59,876 nucleotides of DNA from a virus (lineage: Duplodnaviria; Caudoviricetes): positions 1-59,876 of the IMG/VR virus record IMGVR_UViG_3300031953_000008, one strand, 5' to 3'. The notes below the pieces were generated by a model. That model was given only the letters and a program-made list of their open reading frames with translations. It was not told the origin of the DNA and did no database searches. Shown here piece by piece: positions 51,247-59,876 of the stretch (positions within the stretch are counted from its first letter, which is position 1; the number at the start of each line of letters is the position of its first letter). The translations under genes were made by a program, and so were the position numbers.

Positions 51247-51708
51247 ATGGAAAGAATAGATAAAATTCATTTAGCGATTAAAAAAGGTATTACATACAAT
51301 CCATTAAGTGGAGAAATAATTGGTGTTAAGGGAAAGGTGTTAAAAGCAAAGGATAATCAAGGATATATTTACTTTGGTATTTGGGAAAATAACGTAACAT
51401 ACCGTCTTTATGGACATCAATTTGCTTGGTATTCGGTATATGGAGAATTGGTTAATACTTTAGACCATATAAACAGAATAAAAACAGATAATAGAATATC
51501 AAACTTAAGAGAAGCTAGCCGACAATTAAATGGATTGAATAGGGATTCTAAAGGATATTCTTTTGATAAAAATTCTAATAAGTTTATTTCTCAAATAATG
51601 GTTGATGGTAAAAATATCCATTTAGGAAGATATAACACATCAGCAGAAGCAGAAATAGCATATCAACAAAAGAAATTTAAATTAATAAGTAAAATAGTAA
51701 AACTATAA
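51247..51708 (+). mobile_element. HNH-AP2 homing endonuclease
   Basis: HQFAW...LDHINRIKTDNRISNLR; HLGRY.T..EA..AY. Confidence 0.88.
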
Positions 51709-51711
51709 ACT

Positions 51712-52023
51712 ATGACAATAGACGTAACAATTGAGAGTATCGGAGAAATTAACACTTACGGTGCAAACGGATTCAGAAAACGTGAAATGGTCGCATTGAC
51801 CCAAGAAGGAGAATATGCACAGCCTTTAATATTTGAGTTTGTTCAGGATAAATGCGAATTACTGGATAGTTTTTTGCCCGGTGAAGATGTTTCAATAGAT
51901 TTCAACTTGAAAGGAAATAGATGGCAACCAGAGGGAAAACCTGAACGTATATTTATATCAATTCAGGGATGGCGCATTGAGAAAAAACCATTGTCAGCGG
52001 CAGACCAATACGACCAAAAGTAA
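51712..52023 (+). CDS. DUF3127-like OB-fold (SSB-like) protein
   Basis: GF.KRE...EY.Q...FEF.QDK...G.V.I.FNL.G..W...F.SIQGWRI. Confidence 0.8.
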   Translation: MTIDVTIESIGEINTYGANGFRKREMVALTQEGEYAQPLIFEFVQDKCELLDSFLPGEDVSIDFNLKGNRWQPEGKPERIFISIQGWRIEKKPLSAADQYDQK

Positions 52024-52078
52024 ATAACAATATTACCAAGTGCCCTTAACCGAGGGATTCATTTAAAAACCCTCCTAA

Positions 52079-52705
52079 ATGGATTTTCCAAAATTAAAAA
52101 TCAAAACCTGTAAATGGTGCAAAGAAAAATACCAACCCACTAAACCACTTCAAATGGTCTGCTCTCCTAAATGCGCCTATGAATACACACAGGACGCACG
52201 GAAAAAGAAAGCTAAAAAGGATTGGAAAGTGGAAAAAGAGGAAATCAAAAAAGACATCACCAACTGGAAGAACAATCTCCAAACCGAAATTCAAAAGATA
52301 GCGAGGTATATAGACCATGGTCTTTTATGCTTGGCAAGGAACCAAAAAGGACAGATTCACGGGGGGCACGTATTCAGCAAAAAAAACAACCCGAACATTC
52401 GTTTTGACCTCAATAATATTCATCGCCAGTCAGCCCAATCGAATAAATGGGAACAGGATGACTCCTTGATACGTGAGAAATTGGTCGAAGAATACGGTCA
52501 GGAATACTACGACGGTCTGCTCGAAGCAAAAAACCACCGAGAACAGGTTAAATATGTAAATATCCAGTACCACGCATTTTATCTGAAAGCCCGAAAAATT
52601 TCCAATGCCCTTAAAAAAGAAAACGACAATCTTTTAGAGCCTCGAAGCGTGAAACAGCGGATAAAATTAAGAGAAGAAATCAACAACCAATTAGGAATTT
52701 ATTAA
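52079..52705 (+). CDS. NinG/Rap-like recombination nuclease
   Basis: CKWC...P...Q.VCS.KCA; HGGH.FS...RFDL.NIH.Q. Confidence 0.75.
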   Translation: MDFPKLKIKTCKWCKEKYQPTKPLQMVCSPKCAYEYTQDARKKKAKKDWKVEKEEIKKDITNWKNNLQTEIQKIARYIDHGLLCLARNQKGQIHGGHVFSKKNNPNIRFDLNNIHRQSAQSNKWEQDDSLIREKLVEEYGQEYYDGLLEAKNHREQVKYVNIQYHAFYLKARKISNALKKENDNLLEPRSVKQRIKLREEINNQLGIY

Positions 52706-52938
52706 AAACAATCAAAACCTTAAATTATGACACCAAAAGAAAAAGCAAAAGAATTGATTGAGAAATACAAAAATCAATTAGACACGGCAACACCAATCTT
52801 AAATAGACCATTTTATCAGGCAAGAGAGTGCGCTTTAATTGCAGTAGATGAAATAATATTAGATAATGAAAAACAGAATGATTTTGTAGGAATGACTTAT
52901 TGGCAAGAAGTTAAGGATGAATTGCAATATCCCACCCA

Positions 52939-53106
52939 ATGAGCCGCAAAGCACACCCTTTGGACAAGAAACTCCCCCAATGCTTCTCCCTCTCCCGAAG
53001 GACGAAGATAGCCTTTGAGAAATCCTGCGCATCATTGGGCGTTATTCCATCAAACATCATAGAGGGCTTGATGAAGGATTTTATAAATGATGTGAACAGC
53101 AAATAA
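52939..53106 (+). CDS. Ribbon-helix-helix-like small protein
   Basis: 55 aa, FEKSCASLGVIPSNIIEGLMKDFI; not in the ORF track. Confidence 0.5.
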   Translation: MSRKAHPLDKKLPQCFSLSRRTKIAFEKSCASLGVIPSNIIEGLMKDFINDVNSK

Positions 53107-53241
53107 CGCCTATTGTAAATGTCGGTAGCGTATATCCACGACATTGATGTCGGGAACATACCGTCAAAACGCTATTGCATTTACAAGATGTTATGTGGTT
53201 AAAAAACATTAAAGTAATATTTAAACCTTAAAAACTAAATT

Positions 53242-53520
53242 ATGAAAAACCTCCCCCTCCCCAATTCCCAATTACAGGAAGTATTTAGAGAGCTTCTGTT
53301 GAACGATTTTATTTCCGTGAGGCAAATGATGGCTGATACTGGCATCCTCAATATCAAGGCGAGGATCAGCGAATTGAGGCGCATTGGCCTGCCTATCGCA
53401 ACTGATATGGTGAGCGTAACAAACAAATACGGTAGATCGGCACGTTTCGGTCAATGGCATTTAAAACCAGAGGCTAAGCAAAAAGCCAAGGAAATTTACC
53501 TCAACCTCCTAAAAAATTAA
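53242..53520 (+). CDS. Winged-HTH protein
   Basis: GILNIKARISELRRIGLPI...VTNKYGR pattern. Confidence 0.7.
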   Translation: MKNLPLPNSQLQEVFRELLLNDFISVRQMMADTGILNIKARISELRRIGLPIATDMVSVTNKYGRSARFGQWHLKPEAKQKAKEIYLNLLKN

Positions 53521-53521
53521 A

Positions 53522-53890
53522 ATGAAGAAATCAAACAGAAAAATTGTTCACGATAAATATGATGGTCATTGTGCGTATTGCGGGGATGAAATTCCTTTAA
53601 AAAAAATGCAAATAGATCACATCGAACCATTGTACAGGAACGATACGGATTATCAATTGGACAGAATGGGAATAAAAAGAGGTGATGACACAATAGAAAA
53701 TTATAACCCATCTTGCAAACGATGTAACCTTTGGAAATCAACTTTTACTGTCGAGGGATTTAGGGAGCAGATACAATTACAAACGGAAAGGCTGAATAAT
53801 TATAGCAGTAATTACAGGATGGCAAAATCTTATGGATTGATTGAAGAAATCAATAGAACTGTAAAATTTTATTTTGAAACAATATCATAA
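53522..53890 (+). CDS. HNH endonuclease
   Basis: CAYCG...IDHIEP...N..PSCKRCN..K. Confidence 0.88.
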   Translation: MKKSNRKIVHDKYDGHCAYCGDEIPLKKMQIDHIEPLYRNDTDYQLDRMGIKRGDDTIENYNPSCKRCNLWKSTFTVEGFREQIQLQTERLNNYSSNYRMAKSYGLIEEINRTVKFYFETIS

Positions 53891-53908
53891 CCTTCAACTC
53901 CCTTAAAG

Positions 53909-54436
53909 ATGAAAAGCACTACAATAAAACACATCGTAGAAGAATATTTTGAAATTGACCTATCAGACCCATCGAGAAAAAGGGAATTTATATGCCCCAG
54001 GATGATTTATTACAAATTATGCAACTTGTATTGCAGGGAAGAAACAGAACTCAGTATCGCAGAAACCGTCAACAAAGACCGAGTAACTTACAGACACGGA
54101 CTAAAAACATTTGAATCCTCGTTAAACAAACATTATTTCAGGAACTATGCCATCACGTACATCGAATTAAAAGAATCCATAAAAAAAGTGTATAATTTCA
54201 AGACTTTTATGTCCGTAAATTCATTGGACGAGGTGAAGAACGAATACCGGGTGAAACTATTCGATGTCACCAAGAAGCACCAAAAAGAACTATCCGCACT
54301 CAAACAAAGGTTAGGAGTGGAACATGAGATTGTGGAGAAGGTTTTTATGCTTCCGCCCAATGACATTGAAGATTTCCTAAAATTGGCAAATGTATTCTAT
54401 AAACGCAAACAACGCGAACTAAAATACGCAAACTAA
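53909..54436 (+). CDS. DnaA C-terminal (domain IV)-like DNA-binding protein
   Basis: IVEEYFEIDL...SRKREF..PR...IAETVNKDR.T..HG. Confidence 0.65.
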   Translation: MKSTTIKHIVEEYFEIDLSDPSRKREFICPRMIYYKLCNLYCREETELSIAETVNKDRVTYRHGLKTFESSLNKHYFRNYAITYIELKESIKKVYNFKTFMSVNSLDEVKNEYRVKLFDVTKKHQKELSALKQRLGVEHEIVEKVFMLPPNDIEDFLKLANVFYKRKQRELKYAN

Positions 54437-54454
54437 AACCTTAAAATTATAATT

Positions 54455-55327
54455 ATGAATAAAGCATTGTTTGGCGATTGCCTTGAACTAATGAAAGATA
54501 TTCCATCAGGGAGTATTGATATGATACTTTGTGATTTGCCTTATGGTACGACTCAATGTAAGTGGGACACGGTAATTCCTTTTTGTGAGAATATAAATGG
54601 GGTTTATTTCGATGAATTTATTATTGATTGGTTTAAATCTGAAAAAGGGATTTATGCTGATGCTTTGTCACATTGGGCGGAATATAGTGAAGATGGTCTT
54701 TGGGAAAATTACAACAGGATAATTAAAGAGAATGGTGCTATTGTTTTATTTGGAAGTGAGCCTTTTTCATCTGCTTTGCGAATGAGTAATATCAAGAATT
54801 ATAAATATGATTGGATTTGGAATAAAAAAAAGGCAGGTAATTTTAGGGCAGTAAAATCTATGCCTTTGATTGATTATGAAAAAATATCTGTATTCAATCA
54901 CGATAAATCGCATTATTATCCTCAAATGACAAAAGGTAAAATGAGGAAAAAAGGGGGTTATTACTCTCCACATGAACAACCACTAAATAGCGGCACTAAA
55001 GAAAAATATAATGATGAATATTATCCTAAAGGAATTTTAGAATATACGAAAGCAAATAATGTAGATTCTAAATTACACCCCACGCAAAAACCCATTCCAT
55101 TAATGGAAAATTTAATAAAGACATACACCAATGAAGGAGAAACTGTTTTGGATAATTGCGCAGGAAGTTTCACTACCTCAATTGCTTGTTTGAATACAGA
55201 CCGAAAATATATTTGTATGGAGCAGGTACAGGAATATTTTGATAAAGGAACAGCAAGGATCGCCCAATGGCACAAGAACAAAGAATCAGAAATAGAAATC
55301 AAAAACAATAATTTAGAATTATTTTAA
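54455..55327 (+). CDS. N6/N4 DNA methyltransferase (beta type)
   Basis: GDCLELM, DLPY, HPTQKP, VLDNCAGS. Confidence 0.92.
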   Translation: MNKALFGDCLELMKDIPSGSIDMILCDLPYGTTQCKWDTVIPFCENINGVYFDEFIIDWFKSEKGIYADALSHWAEYSEDGLWENYNRIIKENGAIVLFGSEPFSSALRMSNIKNYKYDWIWNKKKAGNFRAVKSMPLIDYEKISVFNHDKSHYYPQMTKGKMRKKGGYYSPHEQPLNSGTKEKYNDEYYPKGILEYTKANNVDSKLHPTQKPIPLMENLIKTYTNEGETVLDNCAGSFTTSIACLNTDRKYICMEQVQEYFDKGTARIAQWHKNKESEIEIKNNNLELF

Positions 55328-55440
55328 CCTTAAAACTATGGACTTCATATCATACTGCCTTAAAACAATCACCGAACTTGAAGAAGAAAATGCCAGACTA
55401 CAAAAAGTAATATCTTCTTTCGATGAATTGTGTAAAAATT

Positions 55441-55522
55441 AAATAAAACCCAGTGGCAACCCCCCTCCAGAGAACCACTGGGAACACTTTCTAATAATTG
55501 TTGGAGCAATCCATAGGTGTGT
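55441..55522 (-). ncRNA. Candidate sRNA with G-rich terminator loop
   Basis: TATCTTTG box at 55528-55535; stem CCCAGTGG/CCACTGGG, loop GGAGGGGGGTTG, then TTTTATTT; no substantial minus-strand gene. Confidence 0.5.
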
Positions 55523-55645
55523 TTTGACAAAGATAATACTTGTTTTTTAAATTATTTGTAGGGGAAAATACTACTTTTTACCAAAAACAAAATTTTAACT
55601 AAAATAAATATTGTAGTTTAGCAATGCTAACATAGATTTAACAAT

Positions 55646-55683
55646 CCCTGTTTCTATCCCCCACATCGGAAGCAGGGTTTTTT
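55646..55683 (+). terminator. Leader terminator/attenuator before the replication genes
   Basis: CCCTGTTTC/GAAGCAGGG + T6; loop TATCCCCCACATCG. Confidence 0.65.
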
Positions 55684-55703
55684 AACAACGAATAACTGAC
55701 AGA

Positions 55704-55856
55704 ATGGAAAGTTTGAAAATTGATAGAACCACATTAAAAACCGTTGAGAACTACGCTCGACATTGGAATATGAGCAAGCCAACGGTATATAAAAAACTAA
55801 AGGAAGGAATGTTGAAAAAAGTGATTATTGACGGAGTTACCTTCGTCCAAGGATGA
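55704..55856 (+). CDS. Small excisionase/MerR-like HTH protein
   Basis: 50 aa TVENYARHWNMSKPTVYKKLKEG; not in the ORF track. Confidence 0.65.
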   Translation: MESLKIDRTTLKTVENYARHWNMSKPTVYKKLKEGMLKKVIIDGVTFVQG

Positions 55857-55928
55857 TTTTTTTTGGCATAAAAATTTAACAAATAGTAAAGATATAAACT
55901 ATGAACGAACCCCAACTCCCCCCGAATT

Positions 55929-56825
55929 ATGGCAGAAGGTAAAAACTCTTTTGTTTTATACACTGACCAAGACGAACTTTGGGATGAAGTTTCAGACGAA
56001 CAGGCAGGTAAACTTATCAAGCATATTTTCAAATATGTGTCCGATAAAAATCCTGAACCCCCTGACCAAATAACAAAATTATTGTTTATTCCGATTAAAC
56101 AAACCCTTAAAAGAGATTTAAGGAAGTACAAACACCGAATGGAAGGAAAAAGCAATGCGGCTGTTTTAGGTAATTTAAAGAGGTGGCAACCAGACCTTTA
56201 CCAACAATATTCAGAAGAAAAGATAACTTTGGAAGAAGCATTAAACATCGCAAAACATCGCAAAACATCGCAGTGCGATAATCCTGTCGCAAAAATCGCT
56301 GATAGTGTTACTGTTAGTGAGAGTGTAAGTGAGAGTGTTACTGTTAGTGATAATAATATAAATAATAAAACAAACAAACAAAAGCCCGAAACAAAAGTTT
56401 CGGACAACGAAGATTTTAAAGCCGAAGGGCTTAATGAATTAAAAAAACCAAAAAAACAAACCCTTCCAAAAGTTGCGCAAAAAGGTTTCAGCGAGGAAGT
56501 TTATAATTGTTACGAAAATTGCCTTAACTTTTTCCCTGAGCATTTACACCCAAACGGAAAACTCGAACAAGGATGGTTAGAAACTATCGAAAAATTGAAC
56601 AGGATAGAAAAAATACCTTTCGATGTCATTTCAGAAATAACGCAAAAAACAAGGGAAGATGATTTTTGGGCAAAAAATTTCCTGACAATGAATAAATTAA
56701 GGCAAAAAAACAAAGACGGAATTATGTATGTGGTTGTTTTCAATGAAAAAGCAAGACCGATTAAACAAATAAAAGTCGATAAAAGGTCGCTTGCCGCAGC
56801 AAACAACGCGAAGGGATGGGTTTAA
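55929..56825 (+). CDS. Replication initiator (DUF6291-like N-terminus)
   Basis: KNSFVLY...SDEQAGKL.K.IF.Y; low-complexity central linker containing iterons. Confidence 0.8.
   Translation: MAEGKNSFVLYTDQDELWDEVSDEQAGKLIKHIFKYVSDKNPEPPDQITKLLFIPIKQTLKRDLRKYKHRMEGKSNAAVLGNLKRWQPDLYQQYSEEKITLEEALNIAKHRKTSQCDNPVAKIADSVTVSESVSESVTVSDNNINNKTNKQKPETKVSDNEDFKAEGLNELKKPKKQTLPKVAQKGFSEEVYNCYENCLNFFPEHLHPNGKLEQGWLETIEKLNRIEKIPFDVISEITQKTREDDFWAKNFLTMNKLRQKNKDGIMYVVVFNEKARPIKQIKVDKRSLAAANNAKGWV
56243..56385 (+). repeat. Probable replication origin: iterons plus AT-rich tract
   Basis: AAAACATCGC x3 in tandem; AGTGTTACTGTTAGTGA x2; following AT-rich run. Confidence 0.65.
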
Positions 56826-56843
56826 TAAATTAAAAATAAAATT

Positions 56844-57644
56844 ATGAACAAATTACAGATTTACAGCGAGAACAAACAAACCTTATCAGGGATAGGATTT
56901 ATCAAGGACACGATCAACAATCAAATGAAAATCAGGGAAATTCCCGAGTATGATTTTTTAAGGCAATTAGCACAGATGGTAAGCGTGATTTCCTACGCGG
57001 CGGGAATCAAAGAAGATATTTCAGACTTCGACAAAAAAGACGTCAAGGATTTGATTTTAAGAAAATACAAAAACCTGTCATTGGACGAGCTTGCCTATGC
57101 CTTCAAATTAGAGAGGCACGGGGATTTAGGAGAAAAAACACAGCATTTCCAATTGTTCAACGCAGATTACGTCAATACGATTTTGACTAAGTGGGTAGAG
57201 CACAAACGCGAAATCAAAAGAATCCACAACATCTCCGCCACTGTAAAAACAGAAACTATTTCCGAAGAAGACAAAGCGAAGTCTGTTTCAAATGCCGTCA
57301 GGAATGTACTGGAACGTTTCTTAGAGCATCAAACCATCAATCGGGACTATGTGTTCGTTTATGAAGAATTGTACGAAAGAGGCTATTTAAATCAAGAAGT
57401 AGCTTACAAGAAAAAACTGATGGAATCTGCGGTAATTTTGTTGGAAATGGAGCTAAACGAGAAAAAGCCTGTTTCAAGGGAAGAATCATCTGGGATAAAG
57501 TTGGAATTAAAAAAACTAGTTGAGCCTAAAAACAAGAAGGTGATATTGAAAGCAAAGGAACTATCGATGCTAGATTTTCTTAGGAAATTGGTGAAGTCTG
57601 AAAGTGAATTGGAAGCTTTTAAAACTTTTTATAACATTAAATAA
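56844..57644 (+). CDS. Replication-associated protein (helicase-loader position)
   Basis: 266 aa following the initiator. Confidence 0.55.
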   Translation: MNKLQIYSENKQTLSGIGFIKDTINNQMKIREIPEYDFLRQLAQMVSVISYAAGIKEDISDFDKKDVKDLILRKYKNLSLDELAYAFKLERHGDLGEKTQHFQLFNADYVNTILTKWVEHKREIKRIHNISATVKTETISEEDKAKSVSNAVRNVLERFLEHQTINRDYVFVYEELYERGYLNQEVAYKKKLMESAVILLEMELNEKKPVSREESSGIKLELKKLVEPKNKKVILKAKELSMLDFLRKLVKSESELEAFKTFYNIK

Positions 57645-57646
57645 GT

Positions 57647-58195
57647 ATGAAATTAAGTAAAGAATGGGCAATGCCAAACGGAAACACGTTTGATATAAAA
57701 CCAATAAAGGAATTTATACAATTTTATAATTCAGAAAATTTAGAATCTGCCGACCCTTTCGCAAATAGAAACAGGATTGCTAAATATGTGAATGATTTAG
57801 ACCCTGAAATGGGAACTGAGTTTAATCTAGATGCGATAGACTTCTTAAAAACATTTGAAGATGAAAGTTTGGATTTGGTATTTTTTGACCCGCCATACAG
57901 TCCTAGGCAAGTAAGTGAGTGTTATAAAAAACTTGGAAAAACCGTGAATATGCAAACAACACAGGCGAGTTTTTGGTCGAATATGAAGATAGAAATAGCT
58001 AGGATTTTAAAACCTAACGGGATGGTACTTTGCTTCGGATGGAACTCACAAGGGATAGGTAAAACAAGGGGATTTGTTATGGAAGAAATTGTTTTGGTGG
58101 CTCACGGTGGACATCATAACGATACAATTTGCACGGCAGAAAGAAAAAGTGTATTACAATCCATAACCAAAATAGCCCAAGAACAATTATTTTAA
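57647..58195 (+). CDS. DNA adenine methyltransferase-like protein
   Basis: DPFA, DAIDFL, FDPPYS, EIARILKP.G. Confidence 0.85.
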   Translation: MKLSKEWAMPNGNTFDIKPIKEFIQFYNSENLESADPFANRNRIAKYVNDLDPEMGTEFNLDAIDFLKTFEDESLDLVFFDPPYSPRQVSECYKKLGKTVNMQTTQASFWSNMKIEIARILKPNGMVLCFGWNSQGIGKTRGFVMEEIVLVAHGGHHNDTICTAERKSVLQSITKIAQEQLF

Positions 58196-58491
58196 TAATT
58201 AAACATAATGAAAATAGAAAAGATTTTTGAAGGACTAAATATTGAGCCTGTACAGGACAGAAAAAAAGGAGGTGAACTTTGGAATAATTATGAATTGTTT
58301 ACATACGATGATGTAATTATAGCAATGAACGCAGTTAAAAACTTAGAATTAATGGTAGTTAACCACCAAATAAAACCATTAGTTTGTAATAGGATTAACG
58401 ATAACAATAGCAATAGGTGTATTACTTGCGGTGTGAAAGCAGGACATAACTGCGCTTTAATTTAAAATCAACCTTTAAAAACCCCTTAAAT

Positions 58492-58998
58492 ATGAAAACC
58501 ACAAAACAGATTAAAACACTCAGTTACAACGACCTTGCCTTCTTTTTGGGAATTTCAACACTGGACGCTAAATGGAAAATAGCGGAACATTTTTATAAGC
58601 CAAAAGATTTACCGTTGACCGCCAAGGGAACCCCGAAAATCAAGGTCAGTGACCAGATCGAGGTAGATAAAATAGATTTCACAATGCACTCAAATTCAGA
58701 TTTGGACGGCGGATGTAAGTTTACGTATTTGGTAAACTACTTTAACAATGGGGTTTCAATGGACTATTTAAGAGGTTTTGGAGAATCAAAGACCTTTATC
58801 AAGAAACTAAAATTCACGGGCAAACACGGGATTTTGAACGATATTATGAACGAGGAACAATATTTGAAATTGCAGAAAATCTGGCTCTATGCAAATATTT
58901 ACGGAAGATCAAGACCCACCAAAGAAGCTAGTGAGTTTATAAACAAGCACGATTGGGCAAAACTTTATTTAAAAACCAAAGGAATCGAATTTAACTAA
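58492..58998 (+). CDS. Hypothetical protein
   Basis: 168 aa. Confidence 0.65.
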   Translation: MKTTKQIKTLSYNDLAFFLGISTLDAKWKIAEHFYKPKDLPLTAKGTPKIKVSDQIEVDKIDFTMHSNSDLDGGCKFTYLVNYFNNGVSMDYLRGFGESKTFIKKLKFTGKHGILNDIMNEEQYLKLQKIWLYANIYGRSRPTKEASEFINKHDWAKLYLKTKGIEFN

Positions 58999-59013
58999 CA
59001 TTTAACCCCAAAT

Positions 59014-59876
59014 ATGAACAAACCTCCCATAAACGTAATATCCTTATTTGACGGGATAAGCTGCGGCCAATTAGCACTTGAAACAGCAGGTGTAAACGTA
59101 GGTAAATACCTCGCTTCTGAAATAGAAAAAGACCCCATCGAAGTCACCCAAAGACGTTTTCCCAACACATTGCAATTAGGTAACGTGAAAGACGTGGTAA
59201 CTGAAAATCTGCCTTTTGCTGATTTGTGCATAGGCGGATCCCCTTGCCAGAGTTTCAGCCGTTCGGGTGACAATTCGGGATTTGATGGAAAGTCGGGTTT
59301 GTTCTTCGAGTATGTGAGGATCTTGAAAGATTTAAAAGAAGTAAACCCCAATATCCAGTTCTTGCTCGAGAACGTGGTGATGAAAAAGGAATGGCAAAAT
59401 ATCATATCGGAACATATTGGACTAGAGCCTGTTTTGATGGATGCAAAGTATTTTTCCGCACAAAAAAGGCAGCGTTTGATATGGACTAACATTCCAATAG
59501 ATCCTTATGTGGACAAGGATATTTCAATCAAGGATGTCATGGACATGGACAATACCGATTTCGCCAATGTGGATAGTGATTTTATGTGGTTCGAGGATGG
59601 GGAATATCGTGTTCGAAACGCCACCAAAAAAGGGTATTTAACGGTTTCAAATTACGATGTGGTGAACCTTGATTTCCCTACTTCAAAAACACGCAGGGGG
59701 AGGGTGTCACATCAAAAATCGAACACCCTGAACACAGGATGTAACCAAGGAATCTTTATCGACGGTAAAATAATCAAGCTCAATGCCCTTGAATGTGAAC
59801 GACTCCAAACAATAGAAGATAATCACACCATGGGTTTCACGGAAGCAAAACGTAAAAAGATGATAGGAAATGCTTG
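59014..59876 (+). CDS. DNA (cytosine-5) methyltransferase, continues across the junction to 174
   Basis: SLFDGISCG, GGSPCQ, LLENV, Q.RQR motifs; absent from the ORF track because it has no stop before the window end. Confidence 0.92.
   Translation, partial: MNKPPINVISLFDGISCGQLALETAGVNVGKYLASEIEKDPIEVTQRRFPNTLQLGNVKDVVTENLPFADLCIGGSPCQSFSRSGDNSGFDGKSGLFFEYVRILKDLKEVNPNIQFLLENVVMKKEWQNIISEHIGLEPVLMDAKYFSAQKRQRLIWTNIPIDPYVDKDISIKDVMDMDNTDFANVDSDFMWFEDGEYRVRNATKKGYLTVSNYDVVNLDFPTSKTRRGRVSHQKSNTLNTGCNQGIFIDGKIIKLNALECERLQTIEDNHTMGFTEAKRKKMIGNA
59751..59876 (+). repeat. Terminal direct repeat, copy 2
   Basis: Identical to 3-128. Confidence 0.95.

Noticed and set aside
56243-56351. CRISPR-like or DGR repeats
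   Set aside because: Short tandem repeats with no spacers inside the initiator gene; iterons fit better; no cas or RT gene in the window
58995-59492. 165-aa minus-strand ORF in the track
   Set aside because: Antisense shadow of the plus-strand C5 methyltransferase
1-59876. Stop-codon reassignment
   Set aside because: Core genes are intact in the standard code and all three stop codons are used
59751-59876. Biological direct terminal repeat
   Set aside because: Falls mid-gene and its length resembles an assembler k-mer overlap

Overview
This window looks like an essentially complete (~59.75 kb), circularly assembled genome of a tailed, siphovirus-like phage of a Bacteroidota (probably Flavobacteriaceae-like) host. 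Support for this: bases 3-128 repeat at 59751-59876, a C5 methyltransferase ORF runs across that junction, promoters match the Bacteroidota -7 box TAnnTTTG, and most genes lack Shine-Dalgarno sites. The minus strand carries TerS, a middle cluster of small genes, then HNH-TerL-portal-scaffold-capsid-tail-tape measure-tail/RBP genes and lysis. The plus strand carries many small early ORFs, RecT and an exonuclease, a replication initiator with iterons, and several methyltransferases. I saw no integrase, CRISPR array or reverse transcriptase. The most striking signals are non-coding. (1) A ~70-nt promoter-to-terminator sRNA candidate (28485-28553, minus) displays two copies of the complement of the AACCTTA(A/G)A motif found before many early/middle start codons, which would make it a one-to-many translational switch. 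(2) A second sRNA candidate with a G-rich loop sits next to the replication operon. (3) A pseudoknotted ~210-nt RNA followed by a 52-nt minimal tRNA-like element heads the early region. (4) A ~220-nt structured RNA lies between portal and scaffold. (5) A CG-N1-3-CAATG motif recurs about once per kb and forms the stop/start junction of many accessory genes. All structures and counts were read by eye, and all functions assigned to the RNAs are inference.
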